Below are positions 40,200 to 53,000 of a stretch of DNA of 64,000 bases, one piece after another. The stretch covers positions 354,181-418,180 of the forward strand of contig NW_003314311.1 in NCBI RefSeq assembly GCF_000143415.4, written 5' to 3'. The stretch comes from Selaginella moellendorffii (lineage: Eukaryota; Plantae; Lycopodiophyta). The translations under genes and the position numbers were made by a program. Below the pieces are notes generated by a model. That model saw only the letters and a list, made by a program, of their open reading frames with translations. It searched no databases and was not told where the DNA came from. Each line of letters starts with the position of its first letter. Within the stretch, counting starts at the first letter, position 1.

Positions 40200-40975
40200 T
40201 TAGTAAACGTTGTTGGAAAATCCTTCTTGACTTTTTGCTAGACATCCACTGAGCTCAAACATTTGATAAAACATTGCACATTCAGCAGCTCATTATAGGT
40301 GCTAGTGAGACTAAGGCAAAGTTTATGGAATTTGCAGGCATATGCAACTAAAGACAAAGTCCCCTACCGGATCTCTAATAATTGGTTCACAAAATCAACT
40401 TCTTCAAACTTCTTAACAAATGAAGCATGAAAAACCTTTATTAAATCAGTCTAAGAGGTTGGGTTCAAATTAGATTTAATGTAGTTATTCCACCACTAAG
40501 AAGCATGGCCGTCATAAAAAAGTCAATATTCACCTTATCTTCACAAGGATTGTGAGACTAACAACTTTCCCACAATTTCAACCAAGAATTAACCTCCTGG
40601 CTATCACAAACATCTGGTGATGACTTCCATTCCATGATACTATAATATTTAGCATGCTTGGCATACCAATAGTAATCATAGATATGAGATTGATTGAACC
40701 CTTGAGGGTTCATGTGAAGCAAGAAATCCTTAATGAGATTGACAAAATCTTTAACCTCATTTATCTAGCCATACTCCTCATTAGGATCAACATCTTGCTT
40801 ATTTGCCATCCCCAAAAAAATGTGTTACTCCAATATGAATGAAACGAATAAGAGAGCAAACTCTAAGCCAAGAGCTTATCCCTTAAATAACATTGTCATC
40901 CTCTTAAAGCGTTACAGCCTTAAATCCCATAGATCATAGAATATTCTTAGAATATTCCTGTGGTTGTGTTAGTGA
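40200..40975 (-). mobile_element. Decayed Gypsy 5' LTR plus gag remnant; same LTR family as the LTR starting at 34279
   Basis: Minus strand reads EDKVNI...GHAS.WWNNY...LLEIR.GTLSLVAYACKFHKL (retrotransposon gag-like). 40900-40975 is the reverse complement of ggaatatt...tatgggatttaaggctgtaac at 34290-34340. Confidence 0.65.
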
Positions 40976-41429
40976 ATAGCATAGTTTGCCCTCACCCAGA
41001 TCTAGTAGAAAAACCCACCCCACAGCCAACTAAACAATGATGCTAGATGTCCTTAATGGGCATCCTCTCTCACAATGTCAAGATGTCCTTAATTTGCTCT
41101 TTTAAGCTTCTAACATTATTCCCATCACCTCAACACTTAGGCCTATAGTCATGTCTTTAGACTTACCCTAACACACTAGTTGCTTCATGGAGAGGGGCTA
41201 TGTGCAAATCCTCTCATATCAAACTCTTATTTGTGTGTTAGATGTAGAATTTCTCAACATTTTTTTGTAATAGTGTTCTCAAGAGTTTATGTAGACCACT
41301 GCCACCTTCATAATGGATTTAGTCTTGAGCTATAGGGAAAGCCTTCGAAAAGTTTAGACACTTTTTGATGTCTATAAAATCCATTATACTTTGTGAAAAA
41401 ATAATTCAATGCCACCTTTATTAACTATA

Positions 41430-42540
41430 GTAGATATATCATTGATTTACTTATAATATTTATTGATGTTCCACACTTTATTTCTCTCCCCTTAAGCCAA
41501 TTTTAAAAGGGGCAATTGCTTGATAAGAGAGCCTTTAGTAGCTATTTTAATCCTTAAGGTTATATTGAAATATCATTTTATGATAATATACTACATTCAC
41601 CTACTGTCAATGCCCTCATTCTATGGTCATATAGTATATTTTGATTTTCTTCCCTTTAAATCAATTAGAAATGGGGCAATTTCTTAATGAGAGAGTCTTC
41701 AATAACTATTTTCTTCCAAGGTTCTATTATAATAGTATATCTAAATCTCATCCCATAATAACAAAAGAAATTAAAACCTCCATTTTTACATTAATTCTAC
41801 CCATCTTTATATCATACCTAACTATTTATAATAACCCTCCTTGCATTGTCTATTGTTAAATTCTATATTAAAATACCATATTTATCTCTTTCTCTTTAAG
41901 CAAAGTAAGAAAATGGCAATTAATTTAATGAAAGAGCCCTTAGATGACTACTTTGATAATATATCCAAATCTTAACTTATACTTACATATGTTACACTTA
42001 CCCTCAATTTTGATATGTCAATATTGTCATTTTATATTGATATAATGCACTTTATCTTTTTCACTTTAAACCAACTAAAAAAGGGGCAATTAGTTGATAA
42101 AACATTTTTCAATAGTTATTTTATCACCATTTATCTCCAAGGTTCCACGGATATACAGTGATAGTATATATAGATCTTTCCTAAGATTGTAAAGAGAACC
42201 ATAATCTCTATTACATAGCATACCACTGAAAAAGGGGTTATTATTTAATAAAAAGCTCTTAATGACTATTTTATTTTCAATTATCATTAGCTATATATTT
42301 TTTCATAGTATATCCACATTTTATCTTATGATTACATATGATACAGACCCTTGAGGTGTTAAACTTTATATTTCTCTATTTTACTCAAATATAAAAGAGG
42401 TAATTATTAAATAATAGAGTCAGTAATAAATATTTTATCCTCATTTATTTTCTAAGATTCCAAAGATCTATGGTGATAGTATATCTAAAGGTTATCTTAT
42501 AATCACAAAAACCTCCATCTTTATACTGAATTTATCTATC
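41430..42540. repeat. Degenerate AT-rich tandem array of roughly 150-240 bp units
   Basis: Recurrent aaggggcaatt...gagcc..aata.ctatttta core near 41509, 41672, 41913, 42083, 42233 and 42397. Confidence 0.6.
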
Positions 42541-43184
42541 CTTCTATTATATCAATTAACTACACTCTTTGTTTAGCATCTCACCCTACTTTTAGATGGT
42601 TGGGAACTTAATAAATTTTTTGTTTGAAGCATGAAATGTTAAAGAGAAATTATTTTTTCATTTGTTTTAATTTAACTCTAGGGCACAATAGTAAAATAAC
42701 TTGCTGCGCATTGCATGCAATAACACTTGGTTTGCTTAATAGTAGTGTCATTGAATAATCTAATTGATGTATTATATAAATCAAGATTAATTTTATTTCA
42801 TATTAACTATTAGATGGTAGAATAAAAAAGAATATACTAGGAATTGTTTAGGAAAGCTTATAAATTATAAAAATGTTTATAAATTATAAATACAAGATTA
42901 ATCTAAATGAATAACAACCATTAGATGATGATAGAATATCCTAGAATGTTCAAATTTATTCTAGGTATATCCACTACCATCCCAGTCCCCCTACAGATTT
43001 TGCTTAAGCAAACCAAAAACTCAATTGTTTTATATTATAAATTTCTTCTTGAGCTTAATATGGAATAACTTTTTTCAATTTGCTAAAGAGCTTGATTTTA
43101 GAACTTTTTTCTTTTATACTAAGAATTTTAATCCTAGATTTTATCAATTTTCTCAAAATATGGACTTTAAATATAATTTATAAT

Positions 43185-44010
43185 TGTCGTGAATGCGACT
43201 TCGGGTATCGAAAGTTGTGCACTTGGTAGTCCTTTCTGATATTCTTTCTTTACTGCCATGACGGTAGGAGATCAGTATTGTTGGACTCATTATCAATTCC
43301 CACTTGAACTAGTTGAGAAATTGGTCAATGACCATGCACCTAAATTAGATAAACATAAGGTAAAAACCCTATATATTTTTTGCTGAGCATACTCGGCCTG
43401 GTTTAAGAAACTTGTGTCATTAGCTTGCACTTGCTAGTATCAAGAATATATCAAGAACAATATTGTATCAAGAACAATATTGAAATTGATCCCTCAATAT
43501 TCGTTAAATGGTAACTTAATGTATCTGCCAAACACACTTGCTATCATGCCCTTTGTGTTAGTTTCATTCTAATTCCAAATGCTATTTATGGAAAATGTTC
43601 AGATTCACTTATTTGGCATATCTACGGAGTGTAGAAATTGTCTTGAACACAATGGTGTTCATCCCATGTCTAAATTCACAATCTAGGAACATTCCATATT
43701 TAGTAAGTTTCGAGCTTATCCCAGATACTAACTCCTGATACTAAGGGAGGCTTGGGGTGAAAGCCCAAAGCGTGTGTTCCTCAAGGAAGGGGCATAGTTG
43801 ACCAATCTAAGACATAGTCTAACTCCCGTTTGCATACCTGTCCTTTAACTGCATCCGGCTTGGGTCTAAGCCCAAGTTTCATTCCATGCTAGTTGGTGGA
43901 GTACCCATATCCTTGCGTTAGGCCACCGGTATGCTGAAATAGCGTCAAATTTCATTTGGCTCCATTTTGCATGCTGATCCAAACATTGGGATGGTTAGGA
44001 CTGATCCAAG
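43185..44010 (+). mobile_element. Family-A LTR (partial or solo)
   Basis: Starts TGTCGTGAATGCGACTTCGGGTATCGAAAG and is collinear with the LTRs at 50017 and 56170. Confidence 0.85.
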
Positions 44011-44849
44011 TTACTCTATGCTCCTGTTGTAAGGAACCAACTCCCCAAGGTGTCGTAGGCTAAAGGATCCCCAAAAGCACAACCGAAATGATAAAGAGTT
44101 CATCGGATGGGACCGAGTCTAAGATTGAGTCAAAGACCGACTCTGAGACTGAGTTCAAGACAAAGTCCAGGATCAAGTCTGAGGCTAACTCTGAGACCAA
44201 GTTCGAGACCGAGTTCGAGACCAAGTTCGAGACAGAGTCCGAGATCCAGGGGGGGGGGGGGGGGGGGGGCTGCAGGGGGTTCCAAAATTATAGTAGGGAT
44301 AGTGAGTGTGAGATATAAAATCCCTAGGCCCCAAAGTGGAGCTGAAAGGGTGTGGTAGTGGCTGAAGCGAAAGCCAAATGTGTCAAGACCCCTGACAAGA
44401 TCAAGACTGGAAAATGCAAAAAGACAAAGAAAAAAGCTAGTGGAAACAAAGAAAAAGCCTTAGACTGGCGTTGATTCAGATTGTGGAGAAATGGAACAAG
44501 GCTAACCTATATATACTATATGTTGATGAAGCTCCACCACTCTTGGATCGAGGATGGCCTAAATATAGCTGAGGTCGAGGATGCGCCACATCATCATCAG
44601 GAATGTGGCTCGAGACTCAGGAATCGGGAAGTGTCTCGAGAGTCAGGAATGTGGTCTGCAGGTCAGGAATCCGGCGAGAGTTAGGAATGTGGCAAGAATT
44701 GGGGGATTCCTGACAGCACCCCCTCCTCAAGAACGAGTGGAACGAGGATGTGAACGAGAACGAAGAGGAGGATGAGATGAGCGGCGAGGGATGGGAGATG
44801 GAGAAAAAGAATGAGGACTGGGACAAGAAGGATAGCGGCGGTGGAAGTC

Positions 44850-46500
44850 CTGAACGCAAAGTCGGAGGCGTCAGCCTCGATGAAGAAAGGTTGTGAGGAA
44901 TCAGCATGGATCAAGACAGGAGCAGAACTGAAAGCCGCCTTGAGTGTGTCGAAGGCCTACTGGGCAGCAGCAGACCAAGAGAAGGGAACATCCTTGCGAG
45001 TGAGATGTGTGAGAGGAAGGACAATGTCAGAGTAGTGATCAATGAATTTGCGGTAGAAGTTGGCGAAGCCAAGGAAAACCTGAACATCCGACATTGATTG
45101 TGGAGGCTCCCATTCGAGAATAGTCTTGACTTTGGCAGGATCCATCGTGATACCCTCAGGAGTGACAAAGTACCCAAGGAACTCCACAGACTGCTGATTA
45201 AAGGAACATTTCTCAAGCTTCGCATATAGGCCATGTTCTCGCAGCTTTGCTAGCACCTTGCGTACATGTTCGTCGTGCTCCTCCTGAGTTTTTGAGTAGA
45301 TGAGGATGTCATCGAGGTAGACGATCACCATCTGATCAAGAAACTCCCGAAAGACGTCGTTCGCCATGTGTTGGAAAACTGCTGGAGCATTTGTCAAGCC
45401 AAATGGCATGACAGTGTACTCGAAGTGGCCATAGCGGGTTCGGAACGCAGTCTTCCATTCATCACCAAGCCGGATCCGGATCAGGTTGTATGCTCCACGG
45501 AGGTCGATCTTGGTGAAGAAGCGGGCACCGTCGAGGCGTTCCAACAGGTCCGAGATCAGGGGCAGCGGATAATGGTTCCGAACAGTCACCTTGTTCAAAC
45601 CTCGGTAGTCGATGACTAGCCGCAAGCTCCCATCCTTCTTCTTGACAAAGAAGACAGGTGCTCCAGCCGGGGACTGCGAATGCTGAATGTAGCCCGAGGC
45701 AAGGTTCTCATCCACGTACTCTTTGAGGGCCTTAAGCTCGGACGGGGATAACCCGTAGATAGGCCCCCATGGAGGTGACGCTCCTTCCTGTAAATCAATG
45801 GGACAATCATAAGGCCGATGAACAGGCAGTACATTAGCTTTTTTCTTGTCAAACACATCCCCAAAATCATGATACTTCTCAGGAAGATTGACAGGAGAAA
45901 CATGCAAAGCAAAAAGAAAAAGAGGTTCTTCATGAAGGAGTTCTTTCATAGTGATTGTGGAGATAGGAGGAGGCGTACGACTAAATGGAATGATGAGACA
46001 AGGGTACAGTCCAGTGTAAGATGGAAGAGAGGAAAAAGAAGAGGGTGAAAACTTTATAGAGTCAGGAACAGAACCCCGATTTGAGTTTAGGAAACTTTTC
46101 CTTATTCGGACTCGATGAACAGCAGGGGAAGCCGTGGGAGAGATGAGCTGTAATTCCTTCCAACAGATCTGAGGCTGATGTAGTTGGAACCAAGGAAGAC
46201 CGAGCACCACAGAGGAGGACTTGCTGTTGATGATGTTGAAGGCGATATCGGTGACGGTGGACCCGATGTGTACTCGAACGGGCAATGTTTCCCTAAGTCC
46301 AGAAGATGGAGACACAAAATGCCCGCCGATGCCTTCAACCCTCAAATCCCGTATGGTAGGAGAAAGAGGAACGTGATGTCGGGCAGCAAAGTCCATGTCC
46401 ATGAAGCAGAAAGTTGCACCCTAGTCCAGTAACGCCAGAGCCTTGAGTCCTAATTGTCCGGTGAAAGAAAGGAGACATGGGACGCGGAAGTTGCGGGAAT
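44850..46500 (-). pseudogene. pol: pol (protease, RT, start of RNase H) of the Tcn1-like element; rest of RNase H and integrase deleted
   Basis: ALLD*GA (protease D-S-G disrupted by TAG at 46421); VKKKDGSLRLVIDYRGLN; KIDLRGAY; MPFGLTNAPA; YLDDILI; stop at 44957; IEADASDFA, after which homology ends. Confidence 0.9.
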
Positions 46501-46584
46501 TGGTGGTGGCTTTGATGAAAGGTGGTGAGGAGCTTGATAAAGAAGAAAAGTGATTTTTATTCGGGGAGTCTAAACAGACAGCTC

Positions 46585-47556
46585 CTACTCTGTTGGGACA
46601 AGGTCGTTTCCCGACTGCAATAGAGGTGGACTTTGAGGCAGAGTGAACTCGAGCAGTCGAGGAGGCTTCTTGGGACATACAGCTGCTTTGTGATTAGGAT
46701 TAGCACAATAGAGGCAAAGATTATGAGATATTCGACGTTGCTTCTCAGCAGGACTCAACTTCCCTCTAATGAGTCGGGGAGTACCAGAAATATCCATCGG
46801 AACCGGAGCAGTAGGTTCAGGAGTATGCCCTGAAGACTCAAGCTGGGATTCCTGAGTCTGGGACGGAAAAAACAATGGCGCGGCGACTTTCCTAACGACG
46901 TTCAAAGAGACGATTGTCACATCGAACAGCTTTGTTGATGGCATCCGACAGGTCCTTGGGATCCTCCATGGTGAGTAACAAATCCTTGACACCGTTGTTG
47001 AGGCCGAAACGAAATTGGTCAATCAGGGCCCGCTCATCCCACTGAGTGTCCAAAGCAAGGAGTTGGAACTCTACAACGTAGATCGAGGCAGGACGAGACC
47101 CCTGAGAGAGACGTCTCATCTTTGTGGTAGCAGCCCGAACCCGATCCGTCTCGCCAAAACATGCTTCGAGCTTCTCTTTGAACAATTGAAGATCCATCAG
47201 CTCTGGAACCACGACCCCTTTCATGCTCTTCTCCAGAAGAGGAGAAAACCATGACAAAGCTGCACCTTCGAGCAACGTCCCAATTGCGCCGATTTGAGAC
47301 TCGGGAGTAGGGTACCGCCGATGTTGAAGTGCGAAGATCAACTCCATCTGGTTCAGGAATCCGCGCAGCTCCGAACGCTTGCCTGAAATTTTGCCGGGAA
47401 GCTCACCTTCGGTTCAGGAACTTTGCTGGATCCTTGAGCCGAAAGTGAAGCAAGCTCCTGCTGCATGCGAAGAAGGGTCGCCTTCAGCTTGGTATTCTCA
47501 GACTGGATTTTTGCAAGGACTTCAGCAAAGAAATCAGGATGGCTTGGAGACTCCAT
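46585..47556 (-). pseudogene. gag: gag of the Tcn1-like element (frameshifted)
   Basis: PEPKVSFPAKF, LLEGAALSWF, FRFGLNNGVKD, APVPMDI, CCHC knuckle CLYCANPNHKAAVC, spread over shifting frames. Confidence 0.85.
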
Positions 47557-48149
47557 TGGCAAGAAGAAAGAAAAAAGGGGGAAAAAAAGGCAAAGGTAAT
47601 CAAACAATCAAAACAAAAATCAAAAAACGAAAAAACACAATCTGAATCAAACTGTCAAGACCCCTGACAAGATCAAGACTGGAAAATGCAAAAAGACAAA
47701 GAAAAAAGCTAGTGGAAACAAAGAAGAGGCCTTAGACTGGCGTTGATTCAGATTGTGGAGAAATGGAACAAGGCTAACCTATATATACTATAGGTTGATG
47801 AAGCTCCACCACTCTTGGATCGAGGACGGCCTAAATATAGCTGAGGTCGAGGAGGCGCCACATCATCATCAGGAATGTGGCTCGAGACTCAGGAATCGGG
47901 AAGTGTCTCGAGAGTCAGGAATAGGGAAGTGTCTCGAGAGTCAGGAATGTGGTCTGCAGGTCAGGAATCCGGCGAGAGTTAGGAATGTGGCAAGAATTGG
48001 GGGATTCCTGACAAAATGAACATAACGCGTTTGGACTAAAAGCTCTGACTTGAAAGGTCGAGAGCAGGAGTGGAACTCCTAACAAAGTGCTCAAGGAACA
48101 AGTGCAAAACAAGCAATAAGTGAGTCTCTAAAAAAGGGACATGAGAGGA

Positions 48150-48760
48150 CCCGAGATGGAGTCCAAGATGGAGTCCGAGATGTAGTCCGAGATGGACCCG
48201 AAATGGAGTCCGAGATGGACCCAAGATAGAGTCCGAGATGGAGTCCGAGATGGACCAAGATGGAGTCCAAGATGGAGTTCGAGATGGACCCGAGATGGAG
48301 CCCAAGATGGACTAAGATGGACTTGCAATGGAATTCGAGATGGAGTTCGAGATAGACCCGAGATGAAGTTCAAGATAGACCCGAGATGAAGTCCAAGATG
48401 GAATCTGAGATGGAGTCCGAGAAGGACCCGAGATGGAGTTCGAGATGGAGTTCGAGATGGACCCAAGATGGAGCCCGAGATGGAGTTTGAGATAGAGTCC
48501 GAGATGGACCGAGATGGACTTGAGATGGAATCTGAGATGGAGTCTGAGATGGACCCGAGATGGAGTTCGAGATGGACCCGAGATGAAGTCTGAGATGGAG
48601 TCTGAGATGAAATCCGAAATGGAGTCCGAGAAGGACCCAAGATGGAGTCCGAAGTTGAGATTGAGACTGAGACCGTGACCGAGACCGAGATCGGGACCAA
48701 GACCAAGACCAAGGCCGAGGCCAAGACCGAGCCAAAGCCCGAGTCCAAGTCCAAGTCTGA
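48150..48760 (+). repeat. 12-bp minisatellite (GATGGAGTCCGA/GATGGACCCGA) grading into 6-bp GACCGA/GAGTCC units within LTR-B
   Basis: Direct reading. Shorter arrays occur at 44110-44250 and 61010-61220. Confidence 0.9.
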
Positions 48761-50016
48761 CGGGGTGAAAGCCCAAAGCGTTCGTCTCCCAGACCCTGGG
48801 GGGTTTAGTGAGCTCCAAAAGTATAGTGAGGGGGAGGACTGTAGTGGAGCCAGTTTGGCCAGGAAAGGCTAGTTTATCCCCCCAGGTGTTGGGTGACGGG
48901 ATAACCACCGGGAAGTCCAAAGCTAGAGTGAACACAGACCGACAAGTGGGGTAGTTTGGTGAAGTGTTCAAGAGCCAACTCTAGTTCCCCCGGGAGATTG
49001 AATGGTCGATGCTCCAAGTCCAAGTGTGGGTGGCACTACCTACTTGGATACCTGGCGTGGCTCAACAGAATCTCGTTCTAAGCCCATGGCTAGAGCACCC
49101 AAAGGTGGAAGGCGGGGAGAGTACCCATGAGGCTCATGTAGGGCCATGGTGTTCCGAAATGTTGTCTCAAAGTCCCAGGCTGTGGAAAGGAAGACGAGTA
49201 GCCCTCTGGTGTGGTGACCAAAGACACAATCACATGGTGAGGAAGTCCCAAATGACTGTGGGACTTAGTGGTCGGGCCTGTGGGCCTCGATCCAGTGGTA
49301 GTGTTGGCGAACACGACCATGGGCAGAAAGGAACTTAGTGGGGACCGGAAAAGGGATATTAGGGAAAGCTTTTCCCTATGTCTGCAGGTATCATAAGGAT
49401 GCTAAGGAGTGGATCTGGGATGATCACTCATTTATGGATGGCTTAGTCTTTGAGAGACGAGACTGTGATGTAGGTGGTGTCAGACCACCGGTGTGACCAA
49501 GGTGAATGGGCATGGTCTTAGCGTAATAGGCTGATATGTCGGTGGTATCTTGGGGTTTCGATTATGGGGTTGGACACATGGAGCACTTGGACCAAGTGCA
49601 AAGGTTGAGTGGCATGGATGCCATTCTCGGGGCAAGCAAGCCCCAAGTCCTGAGTTGGACTTATGGAGGTTGTGAATGAGACTCTTCCAAGTGGTCAGAA
49701 GTATGGTTAAGTGACTAAAGTAGAATGGAAAAATTTAGTTGTTTACAGTGAGGTCTAGGAACCAGTCTTGAAGGAACTCTCCAGTGGTGCTTCTAAATTG
49801 ACTTGAGGTTGAGATTGGGACCGAGGGGCCTTGGGTGGGAGTGAGCATGGACATGGGTGGGAGTGAGCATGGATATAGGTGGTGCCGGAGGGGCCACATA
49901 AGGAAATGCTCAAAAGCAGCTCCCACTTCTGGAAGGGAAACTGGCTGCAGTGCTCCTGGCTCATGTGGAGTGGTGCCCCACTTGAGTACCTTGCCGCTCA
50001 TTGGTCCTTGCCCTTC

Positions 50017-53000
50017 CGTCGTGAATGTGACTTCAGGTATCGAAAGTTACCTATCGACCAGTCTTTACGGACACTCTTACCTTACTGCCATAATGGCAGG
50101 AGGTCGGTATTGCTAGACCTTTTATTAGTCCCTCTTGTGCTAGTGGAGCTAACTGGGCATTTTGAGTGTACTTAGACCGGACGAGCATAAGGACGGAATC
50201 CTACGTGTTATTAGCTAAGCATACTTTGCCCGGTAAGGAGTTCCCGTCTCGTTATGTCATGCACTGGCTAGTGACAAGAACCCTCGCATATTGAGATTAG
50301 TCCCTCAATATTGCTGGATGATAGCTTACCGTGTTTGCCAAACACCCTCGCTATCATGCCTTTTGTGTTAGTCTCATTTCGGTCCTAAATGCTAATTATG
50401 GAAAGTGTCTAGATTTGCTCATTTTGCATATCTACGGAATATAGAGATTGTCCTGAACACAATGGTGTTCGTCCCGTGTCCAAATTCGCAATCTAGCGCC
50501 ATTCCACATTTAGTAAGTTTCAAGCTTGTCCCAGAGACTAACTCCTGATACTAAGGAAGGCTTGGGGTGAAAGCCCAAAGCATGTGTTCCTCAAGGGGGG
50601 GGGGGGGGGGGGGGTTCCAAACGTATAGTAGGGATAGTAGGTAAGTCGGGCATGGCTGACCAACCTGAGGCATAGTTTAGCTCCCACTTGCGTGTTTGTC
50701 TTTGTTCTGCGTCTGGCTTGGGTCTAAGCCCAAGTTCCACACCATGCTAGTTGGTGGAATACCCATGTCCTTGCATTAGACCACCGGTATGTCGAAATAG
50801 CGCCAGACTCCGTTTAGCTCCATTTTGCATGTTGGTCCTGGCATTGGGATGCTGGTTACTCTAGGACTGTTCCAAGTCGCTCCAGGCTCCTATCCCTTTG
50901 CTCCTTGGGCTTTATTCTCGGGAGTTGCTACGTGGTTTGGTTCCGTCACTCCTTGGCTTCGTGCTTGGGAGTTTGGCACCGTTCCTTCGTTCAGTGGCCC
51001 AAGGCCCTGAACCTTGGGTTCCTATGGACACGTGGTATGGACACGTGGCATATGACACATGGTATCTGTCACATGGCACAAAGAGGGTTTAGGTTCCGCT
51101 TCGTGGTGTTATCCTATGGTAAATCACCATAGGATAAAGGGTCAAAACCACATGCGCTACATTTGGTATCAGAGAATATGTCTTAGGGAGTACTATACAA
51201 TGAGATTGGGCAACTAGTCTTGTTGCATACGCAGAGATGAAACGATGATCCGAGTGGGTACACGTTTGGGTGTAAAGGCTTTGCAATCGTTCCTTGGGTA
51301 TGGATTTGGTTACCTTGTTGTACCTTATGATGTGAGCTTGCTCTTGGGCTTATAGGATGGATTGAATTGTTCCATTTAGCATGAGTTTGAGCTTGGGCTC
51401 GTGAGTGAGGCACATTAGCAACTCAAGGTTACACTTTGAGTTAGTAGGTTTAATGTTAGCCTATCATTGGTTCCATGAGTTGTTCTTTGTACCATAAGTG
51501 AAAATAAACCTTCTCTGGGTTTGCTATGAGTGGCAAATAGGCTGGTCCGTAGCTATTTTAGCACGGCACTAGTGGATCCTTCCTAGGCATGGTTACAAGT
51601 GGATCAATCAAGATTGTAGGGATTAGTCTATTGGTTCAAGTAGTCATTGCCGTGCTCTCTCATAAACTTTTCTTAGATTTGACTGAAGGCAGTGCGAACG
51701 CAAGCTTAAGGTTTAGTCAAAGTTAAGAACGAAAAGAGAGTCATTAGGGAAGAAGGATCAAACACGTAAATCATCTTCTCTTTTTGGAAAGATGATTTGC
51801 AACGAAGTGTGACTCATTGCTCGTGTTTATATTATGCAATCAAGAGTCCCTACCCTAATGCATCTTGGAGATGATGGTCTTACAAATAGTGAGTTATGGG
51901 ATGGATAGTGGTGAAACGCTAAACCATTTTGTCTATGCTTACTATTGAAGACTTGGGTTGCAATGCTCGATTCTTTTCCAGGGAACCTTACTATTGCTCC
52001 TTGAATGGCTTGGTGTTGGATTAATTTTGAGTTTGGTCGAAAAGAGAATGGCATGAGTTTGTCTATGTTGTGAACAAAAGTTAGTGGTGCTGAGTGTTGT
52101 AAATCTCTATCAGTGGAGTGTGGCATTTATGTTGCATTTTGTCGAATCGAGTTTGCACTTGATACTCACATAAACCTTTGAAGTAATGACATAGACATCG
52201 CTCGTGGTGTTGTTCAATTGATGATCAAGTCATTGTGATTTCTATATCATATCCATGTGATAATGAGCAATGTGTTTACGAAGTTGCTTGGTTAGACGAT
52301 AATCAACCCCAGAGTGGTTGATAGTGAAGCTAGTTTACTTGCACGTAATAGCATTATAGTAGCTTTGACTGGATTCTCGATGGTGATCCATTATGCTAAG
52401 CTTAAGTTGGTTCCTTGTTCCTTGAGGGTTTGCCTATAAGGTATTGGAAAAGGGTTGCAACATTCATTTGCTATAGCTCATCAGTTGATCCGTTAACACT
52501 TGGAGTAAATTGTTGGATGGAGAAGATGTGTAGTGGAGGCATTGACATCACTAGCATTTGTGTTAGTGGAAGTGGCATTGTTGTTTCAAGTGATGAGGAT
52601 TTTCCTCAGAGCTTGATTTTCTATGTCATTTTTTTTGTTAGTGTTTGGGCTTCACATTGTATCTTGAAGGTGATTGAAGAAGAGTGTTAGTGCAATATGG
52701 ATATCTGAAGATGTGGTCTTCGTGATCAAGCCTTGGATGTTCACTTTGTATTTTACGGATGTCAATGTTGGATATCGGAAGTATGGGCAAAGATGTTCAA
52801 TGCTTAAGCATATTGTTGGATCATGGGAATTTGTGTTGAGGTGAACCTATGTGAAGTTGTTAGTAAGAGGAAGTTGGTTGAGTCTTGGAAGTTTGTATTC
52901 CTAAACTGAGAGTCATTCTTTCTCTGAGATGGAAAATTTTCCACTAATTTTCTTAAGCTTTTCCAATGGCTAATCTGTTAGTCACTTTGTCTAAAAACCA

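Larger units (their letters stand above)
44381..48013 (-). mobile_element. Tcn1/Tf1-like Ty3/Gypsy element, internally deleted; 5' LTR 48013-47653, 3' LTR 44715-44381; TSD AAATG
   Basis: Near-identical TG...CA LTRs; AAATG at 44376-44380 and 48014-48018; PPT gaggagggggtgc next to the 3' LTR; gag, protease and RT inside. Confidence 0.95.

Noticed and set aside
48150-48650. Repeat array superficially CRISPR-like
   Set aside because: No unique spacers, eukaryotic LTR context, no cas genes.
48128-48971. Long ORFs of 200+ aa (SRTPS/LGLH repeats), and similar ORFs at 60643-61412 and 44088-44358
   Set aside because: They are translations of the 12-bp/6-bp minisatellite inside LTRs, not genes.
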